From the human T2T-CHM13v2.0 reference genome, Homo sapiens, in assembly GCF_009914755.1 (NCBI RefSeq), contig NC_060925.1: a stretch of DNA of 64,000 nucleotides; one strand, written 5' to 3'. Below the pieces are notes generated by a model. It was given only the letters and a program-made list of their open reading frames with translations, did not search any database and was not told the origin of the DNA. Both the position numbers and the translations under genes were made by a program. Of the stretch, positions 47,481 through 62,337 are shown piece after piece. The stretch's first letter is position 1; each line of letters starts with the position of its first letter.

Positions 47481-48192
47481 CAGTGGAAGGACATGTGGCT
47501 CAGAATTAGACTGGGGACAGGAGGATTGGTCTAGTCTGTTTTCTGGGTCTCCTGGACATCTTTGTGGGAAGGAGAATCTCTGTGCCTCTCTGCAGTCTGT
47601 GGAACACTTGCAGCCCTGATCTGAAACCAGATTGACCACAGGTGCCTTGGCTGACATTTGAAAAATGGAAACTTGAACCTTACTGAGGCCCCTCCCCAAC
47701 CCTCTTGTCATCCTCCTCCCTGTTTCCCACAAAGGAGATGAAACATGTGCCTGGGGAACCCAGCAGGAAGCTGGGAATGGGGGTCGGGGCAGCAGATGGC
47801 TCAGGGCCCCAACTCTTTAGTGGCAGGAGTCAGCCACAGCTGTTCAGCGAAGCCTCCTGCAAGTTTAATGGGGGCAGATGATTGGCTGGGGATTTGCTGG
47901 TGGAAGAGATCAACGAAGGGGAACACAAGCCCAGGCCCTTCATGGGGTAGACAAGCTAACTTCAGACTCTTTGTTGAGGGGTGTCTGAGTGCCTCTGGAT
48001 TTAGGTCATTGAAATGACCACCTCCCTTACACAATAGTCTCATCCCTGCACAATTTTATACATTTGCGCATCATGCCACTGGAATCACCCACGACCTTTT
48101 GGAATTGTGGGGATAGACCCAGGAACAGCCTTTGAGCCTGTCCAAATCAGAGACAGTGTGCTCGTGGTTTTCCTTTGTTCTTATCCTTCTGA

Positions 48193-48767
<575 letters not shown>

Positions 48768-49599
48768 CAGACCTGGATTCTAAAAGTTACAGCATCTCTG
48801 TCTTTTCTCTTTGCTTTGGTCAGCATCCCTGGGTCCTGCTTTCCACTCGGGGATAGTGAAGGATATGAATGGGTTCATCCGTCTGTGTCTCCCACAGGCC
48901 CTTCTGCAGGTCCTGGCTCAACAACTTTGAAACTGGTTGGCTTGGCTGCTTGGACGCCTGTGTCCATTGGCCTGTCCTTCCTTGCCTTCTCTTTTTTTGA
49001 CTTTGGCCCAGAGTTCAGGATTCATTAGTTCTGAGCCACTTCTTTTTATCTTGCTTGAGGGCATGCGCATGCTTTTACATGCATGCTGGAGAGGTAGATC
49101 TTTGCTTCCAAATTATCTTGTGAACTATGGCAGGTATTTTGGGGGGCCTCACTGGCCATGGTGGGGCTTGCTTGTGGTACTAAAGCACTGTGGTTTATTA
49201 AAGAAACAGGTTCATTATGAGAGGCAGGTTAGGAATAGCCCCAGGAGGCTGGATGCCAGAAAGATGATCCCTGGCTTGGCGCTGCTGCTCCCGCTTCCCT
49301 GGAAAAGGTCAGGTTACTCCCCTGCCTGCCTCCATACTACCTCGCCACCTCCCTCTCCATTCCCAGTTGCTCCAGGTCCCAAGGCTTTACCAGTTGACAT
49401 CATGATGGGAGAAATCCTCAAGATCAGTGACTCGTGACATGAGGGACTGGTGCTCTCTCTTGTCTCCTCCCCACTTCTCCACCTGGCTGACTACTTATCC
49501 TGTAAGATGAATTCCAGTGTTACTCTGCTGAGGCCCCTCCTCTGTCCACCCAGAGGTTGCTAGGCTTGCCTTTCTTATAACACACTTCACATTGTGTTT

Positions 49600-50475
<876 letters not shown>

Positions 50476-51683
50476 TGATCACATTGTGTGCATTCTGAGT
50501 CCATCTCCCACCAGACCTCCGGAGAAGGGCTGTGTTCTTATCTTTGGCTCCACAGCCCTACCTGGCAGGCTGTCGGGCACAGCAGACACTCAGGGTAAGT
50601 GTTTGTCACACTGACTTAAGCAGCTAAGGAATGCCCTTGTTCCAGCCCCAGAGAACTTGCCCCAGAAAGCAGCTAGGAATTTACGTAAGAGGACTCAGAA
50701 GGATGTGATTTCACTCCCTAACTGCCAGGTGATCTCACATGATAAAGTGAAGAGAAAGCAAGTACAAAACTGCTTTCTTTCTAGAGAGTGGAGGCATCCG
50801 TGATTAAACCGAGAGCAGAGGACAAGGCTGCCGCCAGTGCTGTGGATGGATTCTGTCAGCATCCTTCTCTTCAGGGCACTTGGATTAGCTCTGGCACCGA
50901 GAGCAGCCCTTTTAAGTGTAAGGCAGTGCACATCCACAATCTAAGGTTCGTTCTTTCTGTAAGCATTAAACAAGCCCATCTGTGTACCAGGCCAGTGCTG
51001 TGCCCAGGGAATGCCAGGATGTGAGACACAACCCCCGCCCTCACAAGATACAAACAATTACAGTACAGGATGGGTAAGCACCAAGTGCCATGGGGGTTCT
51101 TGTGTGTTTTGGAAAGATGATCCCAGGCTTGGTGCTGCTGCTCCCCCTTCCCTGGAAAAGCTCAGGTTATATACTCCCCTGCCTGCATTCACATTTCATT
51201 GCCACCTCCTTCTGCATTCCCAATTGTTCCAGGTCCAAAGCCTTTACCAATTGACTTGGGGCGGGGCAGGGAGCAAGAATACCTAAGCTAGGATGAGGAA
51301 GGTCAGGGAGGCAAGACACCCAGGAGAGGGGAAGGGATAGTCATGAGGCTGTTCCAGGCCGGGTTGCAGCCTGTGTGAGCCCCAGGAGCAGAGGAAAAAG
51401 TGCCTTGTTATTGTTTTGTTTTGCATGTATGTAATTACTGAAGAAAATGACAAGTTTTTCTCTTTGTCTCATATTTACTTGGTTTGGATATACAGCATAT
51501 AGTAGATAGTCAAACATAACAAGCGAATCCTTTATAAAAGGATTAGTCTGGAAAAGTTAGATGTGGGCCTGCTCAGAGGCAGGGGGATGGACTCACTGAA
51601 CCCTGAGACACTTTCCCTTCCTTTGCATCCAGGCTTCAAATTTTCAAGGCCTCCTTTCTCTTCCTTGACTCAGATTGTCTAAG

Positions 51684-52065
51684 CTACTTAACCAATGGGC
51701 AGCCTTCCATTGAGCGGTTCCCCATCAGCTTTAAAACCTACTTCTCAGGAAACTACTTTCACCACGTTGTGCTGGGGATTTACTGCAATGGCCGCTATGG
51801 CTCATTGGGCATGAGCCGCAGGGCTGAGCTGATGGACAAGCCATTGACTTTTCGGACTCTGAGTGACCTCATCTTTGACTTTGAGGACTCTTACAAGAAA
51901 TACCTGCACACAGTCAAGAAGGTCAAGATTGGGCTGTACGTCCCCCATGAGCCTCATAGCTTCCAGCCCATTGAGTGGAAGCAGCTGGTCCTCAACGTCT
52001 CAAAGATGCTGAGGGCTGACATAAGGAAGGAGCTGGAGAAATATGCCAGGGACATGAGAATGAAG
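51684..52065 (+). CDS. VASH2: Vasohibin-2 coding exon 6 (YLTNGQPSIERFPISFKT...EKYARDMRMK), contains His193 and Ser210
   Basis: 382 nt, open frame continuing exon 5 (AT+C = Ile). FHHVVLG and LGMSRR motifs. Donor AAG|GTGGGT. Confidence 0.97.
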
Positions 52066-52343
52066 GTGGGTGCTGGGAAGACAAGGAAGCCATGCAGGAG
52101 AGCTCTTTTCCCATTCCTTTCTCTCTGTCTCTTGCTCCAGGCCTCATTTTTCTAGGATGGCCAAAAATTTCTTGAGGTTAAAGTCTCTCTTTGCACATAC
52201 TACTGCAAAGAAAGCCATCTAAAATCAATTTAGATGCGACAGTTAAAACAATGTCTCGTCCTGCAATTCCTTCTATGAAATCAGATCTAAAGTGTTAGTC
52301 ATTTTATATTGAAGCTCTAGTTTGTTCTGTTTTGTCGATGTAA

Positions 52344-52425
52344 TAGGGTGACCAGTTGTACTAGTTTGCCTGGAACTGCGGGTTTTCCCAGGACATGAGA
52401 TTTTCAGTATTAAAACCTGGAAAAC
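52344..52425. mobile_element. MER81-like hAT-Blackjack fragment
   Basis: tagggtgaccag...tttgcctggaact...ttttcagtattaaaacctggaaa. Confidence 0.65.
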
Positions 52426-53058
52426 CTTATATGCTGGCCTTATATAGACTATACTCATACGTCCCTCTTCTCTCTCTCAGTTTTACCTCCAAAGTGATGT
52501 GATTCCCGCTTGTCCATGTCCCTCCAGGGCTTGTGCAGTCACTAAGAGAAAAGGATTATGCTGACTTCAGGCCTGGCTATGTTTAGCACTTGTGGACTTG
52601 TCATCTTCACTCTGCAGGACCTGGAGTGGAGATTCCTGATCAATTAAAACCATTCTGTCATATGTGTGGGATGGGAGCATCAGAGGAAGAACAGGCTGGT
52701 TTCTGAGGCAATAGAGATGGGACTTTGCCTTCGTGAGGAGAGGAACTTGCCAAGCAAACAAACACAGCCCCGGGGAGACTGAGGCATTGGGCTGTGTTCC
52801 TCTCTCTACACGGCACAGGGAGCACAATGTGACCATCTGTATATCTGTCTTGGAAGTGGTGCCCTTGCTGCTTGACAGTACAGGACGAGAGAGGAATGTG
52901 TGTGTCTCCAGCCTCCTTTTTTAGAAGTCTTCCTGCTCAATGCCTTCTAAACCATGGCATCATGATTGGGCTGGGGGGTGGAATGTGGTGCTAGAAGAAG
53001 ACCTGAGGGTGGAGGTCCCTTAGGAACCAGGGTGATTAACTCCTCACATCTCCTTCAG

Positions 53059-53174
53059 ATCCTGAAACCTGCAAGTGCCCACTCTCCGACCCAAGTGAGA
53101 AGCCGGGGAAAATCCCTGTCCCCCAGAAGGAGACAGGCAAGCCCCCCGAGGAGGCTCGGCCGGCGAGAGAAGTC
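53059..53174 (+). CDS. VASH2: Vasohibin-2 coding exon 7 (ILKPASAHSPTQ...LGRREKS)
   Basis: ctccttcAG| acceptor, 116 nt, TC|GTGAGT donor. The terminal exon is not found before base 64000. Confidence 0.94.
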
Positions 53175-53884
53175 GTGAGTAATATTTCCTCTTCCCCAAC
53201 TCAAAGCCCAACACACACATTCAAGGGGTTGTCCTGGCCCATGGGGACAAAGCTGTGTCTTGGGCATGGCATTTGAACCTGACAGCAATCTCCAAGAGGA
53301 CTGCCCCTCATTCAGGGGACATCTGTGGAAAAGGATCCACTGGGCACATCACCCCATTGCCACTTCTCTGCTGTCAGTTGCACACAAACGGAGGGATAAG
53401 CCCCAGGCAGAATGAGGTGAAGAATAGTCTGAAATGCAGGTGGCCCGGAGGGAGCCTTGGACTTAGAATTAGGAAACCTGGGGCTGGAACTGGCTCAGCT
53501 GCTTGGGGATGTCTTTGTTATCTTTCTGGGCATAAGTTTTCTCACCCATAAAATGGGATTGTTAGAATTTATGAACTTCCCTAAAATTCTGTAGTCCTCT
53601 GTACCCAGCAGAAGGTGTGATTACCATCAGTGGACGGTGGCATCAGAAACACCCACCGGCTCTTCTTCTTCCTTGGCTAACTCTACCCTCTCCGTTTCAG
53701 CCCTGAGGCCAGTGATCCCACATCTACTTCTTAGACCAAAATAACCCACTTAAGCAATGACAGATTGGAGATGCTGGGGATGCCCAAATTCACCAGCGAT
53801 AATCCGCTGGCAAATATTTGAACTATAGCCATCCTGGGAAAAAATACTGCTTTTCTTAATAATAGCAGCATGCTGTGTCACCCA

Positions 53885-54285
53885 GCCTCTTGCCATGCTG
53901 GAACCATGTGGCACAGTGCACAGGGGGCTTGGTTGAATCCCAACTGTGCCACGTGTTAGCTGTGCAGCTGGGCACATCCTTCCTCCTCGGGGAGCCTTGG
54001 TTTCTTCATCCATAAAAGAGTATCAAATGCTCTCCTTGCCTATCTGACACGGTGGTTTGTAAAGATCCAAGTAGATGATGTAACGAGAGTGACTTGTCAA
54101 CAGTGAACTGCTTTCACACAAGCACATTATCGTCATTACATCAATCCTGTACAGTGAGCAGGGAACATTTTACGAGTTTTGTTTTCAGGTGAAGAAACCA
54201 GGACACAAAAAGGGCTTGTTATCTTGTAGTAAGTTCTGTAGCTGGTCAGTGAGAAATGGGGCTGAAACCCAGGTCCTCTGATTCT
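53885..54285. mobile_element. Two MIR fragments in opposite orientation
   Basis: ttgaatcccaactgtgccac...gtttcttcatccataaaa, then caggtgaagaaacc...gctgaaacccaggtcctctga. Confidence 0.6.
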
Positions 54286-55402
54286 GGGAGGTGGCAGGGC
54301 AGAGTCGGGGAAGGTTCTGTTTTCGGAAGAACAGGACAGGACGAAGTATTTTCATTTCCAAGGAAGGTTCTTTACTTGCCCCATTCCGCGTCCTACAGCC
54401 AGTCCTGGGTTCAGCAGGTACTGCCACGAGGGCCTTGGTGACAATGGCTGTCGTTCTGGGTTGGGAAGGAGGGTGTGAGGTGTGAAGCAGTGAGAGGTCA
54501 GGTGTTCCTGGTAGCAAGAGAGGCTGAAGATGAGAACAGTTTTGGCATAGGTTTGTCCTTGCAGGGAGCAGGATGGCTTCCAGCCATTCACACGTGGCCT
54601 CCTGACCCCAATCCTCCCCGTGATGCTGGCCACTGCCCTTGACCCTGGACCCTAACCTTAGCCCTTACCCTATATCTCTCTCTGTCTTTGATTCAAACAT
54701 CCATTAACTGCTGTCATCACAAAGTAGTTGTTGTCTCAGAGGACTATGAACATAGAAACTCTTCCCAGAGGGTCATTTAGCATAGAGTGAGTGACCCAGC
54801 AATAGCAAGTTGCTCATAAAAGAACTGATTTTGTCTGATTTATTATCTGTTTTGCCCAAGGAGGGCTGAGTCATTCCCTGAGGAGCTCCCAATCTTCAGC
54901 AAATGTCGAGCAGAGTCTATAAAAGCCTGCCCTTCCCTTTAGACTCTAGAATCCAGAGGACATGAAGGCCCAAGCATTCCACCTGGCAATGGATTCCTGC
55001 ACAGAATGGTGGCTATTGATTTTGAAGACTAGTCCTGGTGGATCCGTTTTACTTGGATCCACAGGGACTTTGCATTCACAGGGCCATGTTGAGTTTTTAA
55101 CCAGGAAACGTGACCATAAATGTGAGGGGATGGTAAAGATCTTAGAAACCATGGTAACAGGATGATGTCAGGAGTCAGGAGGTGGTGGTGGCTGGTTTGG
55201 GAAATGTGGAGGAAGGAGAGTTTGAGTTTGGATGATGGGATGTGGGGTGCATCTTCGGCATTGGGGGAGCTGCTAAAAATGCAGACCTGGAGTTTGAGGA
55301 AGCTGGGGGATAAAAGTCCTATTGGAGCCATCTACTTAGAATTGCCAGTTGAAATGACAGCCAGATAAGTCTGTGAGCAAAGAAAGAAGAGAAAAAAGAA
55401 AT

Positions 55403-55684
55403 GGCTGGGCATGGTGGTTCACACCTGTAATCCCAACACTTTGAGAGGCCAAGGAGCGATAACTGCACAAGCCCAGGCATTTGAGACCAGCATGCCTATG
55501 CCACATAGGGAGACCCTGTCTTTACAACAACAACAAATTAGCCAGGCATGGTGATGCATGCCTGTAGTCCCAGCTTCTTGGGAGGCTGAGATGGGAGGAT
55601 CACTTGAGCCTGGCGTTTCAAGCCCGGATAGCACCATTGCTCTCCAGTCTGGGCGAAGGAGTGAGGCCCTGTAAAAAAAAAAAA
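55403..55684 (+). mobile_element. AluJ inside L2-like sequence
   Basis: Dimer with A-tail; TSD aaatgg. Confidence 0.88.
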
Positions 55685-56804
55685 TGGTGACGACAAGGCC
55701 CTGAGGAAGCCCAAGAAAAAGAGCCAGAACAGAAGATGGAAGAGGAACAGTCAGAGAGGGAGAGGATGGATCAGGACTGTGAGTGCACCTGCGCCTGCAG
55801 AGGACAGCTGTCAGAGTGCCGCAGCCGTGAGTGCAAAGCTACCTTCTGGTGTTGAGGCACCACTTGCCCTCTGCCCTCCTGCCCATCTGGCACACCAGAG
55901 TGGGCCTGGGAATGGGGAGAAAGACCAGGGAAAGGGAGTGGTCGCCTGAGGTCAGGAAGGAAGACCTGCAGGAAGAGGGCATTCTCCTCCATTACCTTCT
56001 GTCGCGCATGTCCCGGAGTCGACCCCAGCCCCACTGGGGGAAGCACAGGAGCACAGAGGTGATGGCTCAGGGCTCAGCAGTGAAAACATAAGCTTTTCAA
56101 AAACGATGAGAAGTGGCCGCAACAAGGTGAGGAGGGGTGGGTTTCAAGGGGGAGGAGGGAAAGTAGTGGGGGAAGGAGAAGCGCTATGCACTGAGGTGAC
56201 ATTTAGAGAGGCAGTGTTGAGAGGGCTGAGGGGCTGGAACCAGCCTGCGAAAGGGAGTGAGAGTGAGAGCTGATGGAGCTGATGCAGGCCAGATTCCTTT
56301 ATCAAGAAGGAGCCCTGAACAGAGATGCAGCAACCTGATTTCTCACTCCAACTCTGCCATGAACCAGCTTGCGGCTTTGAGCAAGCTGCTTCTCTGTGCC
56401 TCACCTGTGTAAGGGGACGGGGGACTTAGAGCAGATTATTCTAGGTAGTTTGTAAACTCTATAGAGTTCTCCTGGGGCTTTTGTCTTTCTAGAATTGGAA
56501 GAGACCAGAGTGTCTTTGGACACACGGAGAAAATAACCAGGAGAAAGAAATGAGTGTTCAAGAGCAAAGGGATTAATGGAGGAAGATATATGAGCAGCTG
56601 GGGTCACATGGTATGGAAGGCTACAGAGAGGGCTTAGAAGGTGGTGGGTGGGGGAGAGGGTAGGGCAAAGGAAGGGGGGACATTAGGGAGAGCTTGACAT
56701 ACATGAGGAGGTAGAAGTTGAAGGACTGTACCTTAAGTGGCCTTTATCCTGCCAGTGAAGGAGTTGAAGAAAGGGCCCAGCTGAGGACAGATAGATAGGC
56801 CCTG

Positions 56805-56980
56805 CAGTCCTGTTCTCAACTCTGAGTGTGCACCAGCATCACCTGGAGGGTTTGTTGAAACAGAAGACTGCTGGACCCCTTTCCCAGAGCTTCTGATTCA
56901 GCACATATGGGATGGAGCCTGAGAACTGGTGTTTCTAATGATGCTGATCCTGCTGGTCCGGGGACCACACTTTGACATCT
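56805..56980. mobile_element. MER5A hAT-Charlie MITE
   Basis: gttctcaac...cagcatcacctggagggtttgtt...ggggaccacactttga. Confidence 0.8.
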
Positions 56981-59900
56981 ACCGTTTGCTTCAGCCGCAG
57001 GCCTCCACCTGTGTTTGATGAATCAGAATGGGAAAACTGAGTTGGCGGTTGACCCTGAAAAATAACAGTCACTGGCTAAAAGTACTGGGTCTGCTGAGAG
57101 GGGCAGATAAAGCCGTTGGGTGTGATTTAGGGGCTCAGCCTTGTCCAGTGTTGCCTGGATCTCTGGATAATGAGGTTGTGGAGGTGAAGTTAGGGGGTCT
57201 GACCCTGCACTGGCTCCCATGTTTGGGCCCCAGTGAAGTCATTCTGGGAGGGGCCCAACTGGTCACTCTCCTGGGGGCCAGACTGGGCCTCCGGTCCTTC
57301 ATCCCCTAGGCCATGCCCATACGCTAATCTCTGACTACTTTTTCATGCAGCCAAGGCAAGTGACCACCCCTGCGCCTGCAGAGGACAGCTGTTAGACTGC
57401 CTCAGTTGTGAGTGAAAGCTATCTACTCTCCCGCTCCCCTCCTACCCTGCCAGCACATCAGAGTGGGCCTGGGAATGGGGAGAAAGACTGGGGAAGGGAG
57501 TGGTCGGTCACTCGAGGTCAGGAAGGAAGACCTGCAGGAAGAGGGGAATTCTCTTCCATCACCCTCCTCCCTCCACGCCCCAAAGTCGATCCCAGCCCCA
57601 GTGGGGAAAGCCCCAGGAGCACGGAGGTGATGGCTGATGGTTCAGTGAAATCATCAACTTTTCAAAAAAGGTGAAGAGTGATTGCCACCTGCCTCAGAAT
57701 CCCCCTGACTCACGCCCCTGCCCTCGAGCCCTTCCTCCCAGGTAAACATTGATTCCCAAAAGTCCTCCTTCCTAAACTGCTCCCAGTAGGTCAGAGTCTT
57801 TGCGGTTTTTTTTCCCCACAACTAGGGCCGAGTGGCCTTGGAACGGTTTGACCATCCACAGAGCCCAGTTGGCTTGTAGGTGCCCGTGGACAATTTTGTA
57901 TTAGCAAATCCAGTAAGACTATGGTTATTCTTGGTGGCGGAAACCCTTGCCACTTCTTTTCTCTTTCTCCAGCACTTGGAGGTTGGGAGGGAACTCTGGA
58001 GGGCAGATCTCTCAGCTGAAGTTTCAAATGGATTGAGGTGTTTGAGGAGGGAAGATTCTCTCCCTAATTCCTCCGAAACCTTGACTTCTGAGTTGCAGGG
58101 CTGGGGAAGAGATTGCAGGGTCTACTGTGTAGGAGGAGAGGGAAGAGAGGTGCAGGACATGAGAATAAGAAGAAGAGCTGTGAGAGGCCACAAGCACTGG
58201 AGCGCCAAGCCCCAGCTTCCCTCTCTAGATTCCAGCTCCCGCCATTCTGCCACACTAGAACTCAGGACAGCTGTGTTCCTGGAGGTATGTTTGGAGAGAA
58301 GCAGCTTCTCAGCTTCCACCCATGGCCTTCGCCAAGCAGCCTTTTCTCTAGGTAATCTTGCTTTTGGCGAGGAAATGAGAAAGTGACAAATATGGTCTTG
58401 ACCCAATCACTCCACAAACTCCGGGAATCTTACTGTAAGATGGCCAGGACTAGGGTTTGGTGACTCTGTCCCTGTGCTATTCTGTCAGCATTACATAAGG
58501 CCATCGCGTCATTTCTAAATGTGTTGGGTGTCATGAGGAAGCTTGGGAGGGGCCCAAAGGGTGGAAAATTACCATAACAGGCGAGAGGCCCATCAGCTGT
58601 GGGGTCCCAGTCCCTGTCTGCCATGGATAATTTTAGTGGCATTATATCCCCATCCACCTCCTCCCTCCAGCTGGAGCGACTTCCAGCCTTGAATTCCTCT
58701 CCATTTTTGCACTTGTCTAAATAATCCCTTTCGAGAGGAGGATCAGTGTCACTGGGTTGACAAGAATCAGCCGAGGGGGAGGGCAGGTGAAGATGACTGC
58801 GTAGCATCCGCTGAGACCAAGTTTCAAGAGGGAAACCAGGACTCCCCCACCCTTCCACCCACGGGTCCTTTCTCACACTGCTCCTCTGGGAGTGTGTAAA
58901 GCACCTACTACACTGAATTGTCAAGTTTTTTCCTGTGGTTCGTAAAGAGAAAGGGAGAGGGAGGTTGAGATTCATGTTTCAAAGGCCATCTGTGAACTTA
59001 AACCAACTCCTTCCCAGCCCCGGGCCTCAGAACCCTTGCAGCTCTTCACTAAGGGGTGTTCCCAGGGGTTCTCAACTGGGTCAGCTCTGGGAGAGGAGGG
59101 TTAGAAGTGTGGTGGGAGGTGGAAGCGTTTGCTTCTCACATCTTGGTAAGTGAGGAGGCTCCTTGCTAGGGCCGGGGGCCTGAGATGGTAAATGCCCCGC
59201 AAAGCCCAGGACCACCCTGCCCAATAAAGAACCGTTCCACCTCAAATGCCAACAGCGCCCTCACTGGGAAGCTTCAGCGCTCTCCGAGGTCCTTTCCATT
59301 TCTGACAGTTCATGACTCTTGGCTTGCTGCCTATGAGCTGGCCCTGGGTGAATTGGAGTGAGCAGATAGTGATTTTCTGGTTTTGCAGCCAGAGTGACCA
59401 CGTGAAACATTCTTCTCAATTGAGGCCAGTGTTCCTGAGGACCCATGAGAACCTCTTCATCTTCTCTCCCCTGTGTGGCTGCTTTTTTCCTGCTGTCTCT
59501 CCTCCTGTTTTCTTTGCTGGTCACCTTTCTTTGCCTCCCCTTTTCTTCCTCTTTGATTTCCCTTCTTCATCACTGATCTCTGTGGCAGTTCATGGCTCCA
59601 GCGGGCTCTGTCTGCCCTGCTGGACACCCTGGGGGTCCCAGAGGTTAGTAAGCCCTGAAAGCCCATCTCCTTTCACTGCAGGGCCTTGAGCTGGACAATG
59701 GAATTCCTGCTGCATTCTGTCAGGAAGGATTACGTATGTCCAGACATCTGGTTGAGTAAGGGCAGAAGTTGTTTAATGAAGTCATTGAAAATAAATTTGA
59801 TTCCATGGTCTAATCACATTGACTGGTGCCCAAGAAGTAATTCTCCTTAGATCCCAAATGAGAAATATCCCCAGTGAGAAAAGGAGATTTCCTTAGGGTG

Positions 59901-62337
59901 GAAAGTAGAGGGAAGCAAACAAACAAAAAAGAACACTAGGAAGGCTACGAAGGGAAAAGCTAAACTGCCAAGATGGTGAAGGGGCAGTTTCTACTCCAGT
60001 GACTGCCTGGTCAGTTCCCCCAGGGAAATTCATATGGCCCAGAGTCTCCAGGGATGCTTGGAGAAACCAAGATGGAATGATGGGCCTCATCAGAAAAGAC
60101 CACCTCAGGCAGAGTGAGCCAGGAGCCTCTGTGAGCTCCCCAGGGTCACATAGGGTCAGACAGGGGCAGACAGGGTGAGGTTTCCTAGAGCTGAGGGGTT
60201 CTTGTCCCGGAAAGGAGAAGTGACATCAGAGCCTGGAAACTGTGCCCTGGAATCTCCAACAGTTGGCCTATGGCCAGAGTCTCCTGCCTGGGGAGGGCTC
60301 AAAGGGATGGGCACCGGCTGAAAAATCTCTTCTGGGCCGAATCCGTCTTGGCTGAGGCCTCTGTTTACATAGCAACATCAGCTGTCTGCCCTGGCAGCTG
60401 CCAGCACCGGTGCTTTCCATCAGGGGAAGCAAGGAATGTGAGGGAGGAGCGGACTGGCCTGGAATGAAGGTGACAGGTGTGAATGAAGCTTCCCTTTCCC
60501 TGTGTCCGTCCAGCTGAGGCCATGCTCTGCCTCTGCGGCCTACCCAGACCGGCCGTGAATCCTAAATCGGGGCCTGGTCTGACCTGATTCTGGCCAGACT
60601 CCACAAGAAGGGTGGCCCTGGGGTCTTTGCTTAAACTTGTAAATGCTGGGCCAAGAGCACCCCTGGTTTAATCTCTTCCACATTCTTAACATCCGGGATT
60701 AAGAGTCTAACGTTTACAGTGGCACTTTTCCCACACTTCCCTTCCTGGACTCCCGAGCCTGCAGGCTGTACCGCCAGTCTGGCCTTTGTGTTTCTGTGTG
60801 AGGGTGAGCACCTGCCGGCACACGTACCCAGACATGGCCCTCAGTCAGAGGTGCGGAAGAGAGACTGGGTGGTTGAGGGAACCCTGTGAACTTCCTCTCC
60901 TCGTCCTGTTTCTTTTCTTAAACCTCATCTCTCCCAGATACACCCCTATGCATGTTCAGCCTTGGGATGTGGTCATGTCTCCACTCCATCACTTTCTGGT
61001 TCTGAGGCTTCTTGTGGCTGCACAGATGGCACCATCTGGTCAGGCCGAGCTCCTCCTCTGCACTGAGGCTGCCTCAGAGTGTGAAGGACTTGGTGTGCAG
61101 CTGTCAAAGTTGAGATAGCAGTGGCAGAGAGTAGTAGGATTTTTGACAGAATAACTTCTCTGTGGAACCACCACCCTGTTCTCCCTAGCCTACCTCCTGC
61201 TTTGAGCACCCTCCGTCCAGCTGGCTCCGGGAATGCAGACCTGTCATTGGGGTTAAGTGTAGCCTTGGGGCCAGGCCATCAAGCTTTCACCCTAGTTCAC
61301 TCTGAGTCCATTTACGTCACAACAGGTGAGGCTGGGACTGTCTGTGCATGTGGATATCCTTTCTCCTGCAAAGTGAGTCAAAGTAAAGTTTTCTACTCTT
61401 TTTCCCCTAAAACAAAATGTTGCCGGAGAACCTTGAAAAAAGAAAATTCTTTCATTTCTTTGCCTTGTTTGGAGGAGGATGGCAGGGAGGTGGGGTTGGA
61501 GAAATATATTAGTCTAAAATAATAACCCTGGATCCGATGAGAGGTTCTGGGCAAGTGCAGACCCGGCTGAATCATCATCCTAGTGCTCGTGTTTCTTAAA
61601 AATAAACCCCCTTGCAATATTCTAATTAGAGCTGGGGGAGCACTTGGAAGAGTCCTCTCTATACACAATAGCTCACCCAGCTCTGGCCCTGAGATGAGCT
61701 GGCAAGGACTGAATGACATTTCTGGCTGGGCCCCACAGGCAGGTGGCATGCTGTGATAACCTACTTCTGCCCTATGCCAGCCAAGGAGATTGCAGCCACG
61801 GTTGCTGTAAAAGAAAAGGATTTCATCTTCTGGGCAGTTCACCAGGAATCTCAGTTTAGCTCATTTTCTGTCAGTATTAGCCCTTTTCTTCTCCTGGGTT
61901 CTGGGTACTTAGTGGAAGGTGGCAGGGGTGGGGATACAGAAGAAGAAGATGACCTAGTCCCTTTCCTTTGGAAGCACTCAAGCTGTTGATGCATTCAGCT
62001 TAATGAGTAGGCAGGTTCCCCACATGGCTTTCAGGGGTAAAGCAAACCCACTCCAATACGGAAAATAAATGTTCTTCCTGCTTGTTAATTCTGAAAATGT
62101 TGTCATGGTAACTTGAATTCCTGGCTTAGGACTTTGTCTCTAAAATAAAATATCCCATGATAAAGGTAACAGATGATTCACTATCATCCATTTACATGTT
62201 AGTGAGAATTTGATTGATAAGTACGTATTCCACAGTGGGATTCATAGATGAATTTCCCTGGTCCCTCCTTTCAAATTGTTCACAGTCTCTGAGGCAGGTG
62301 TAATGATTATGAATTGGCAGGATTCTGGAACAGATGT

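Noticed and set aside
55831-57674. Paralogous short ORFs suggesting a duplicated mini-gene
   Set aside because: Frames differ and break between the copies, with no splice structure; explained by the non-coding duplication.
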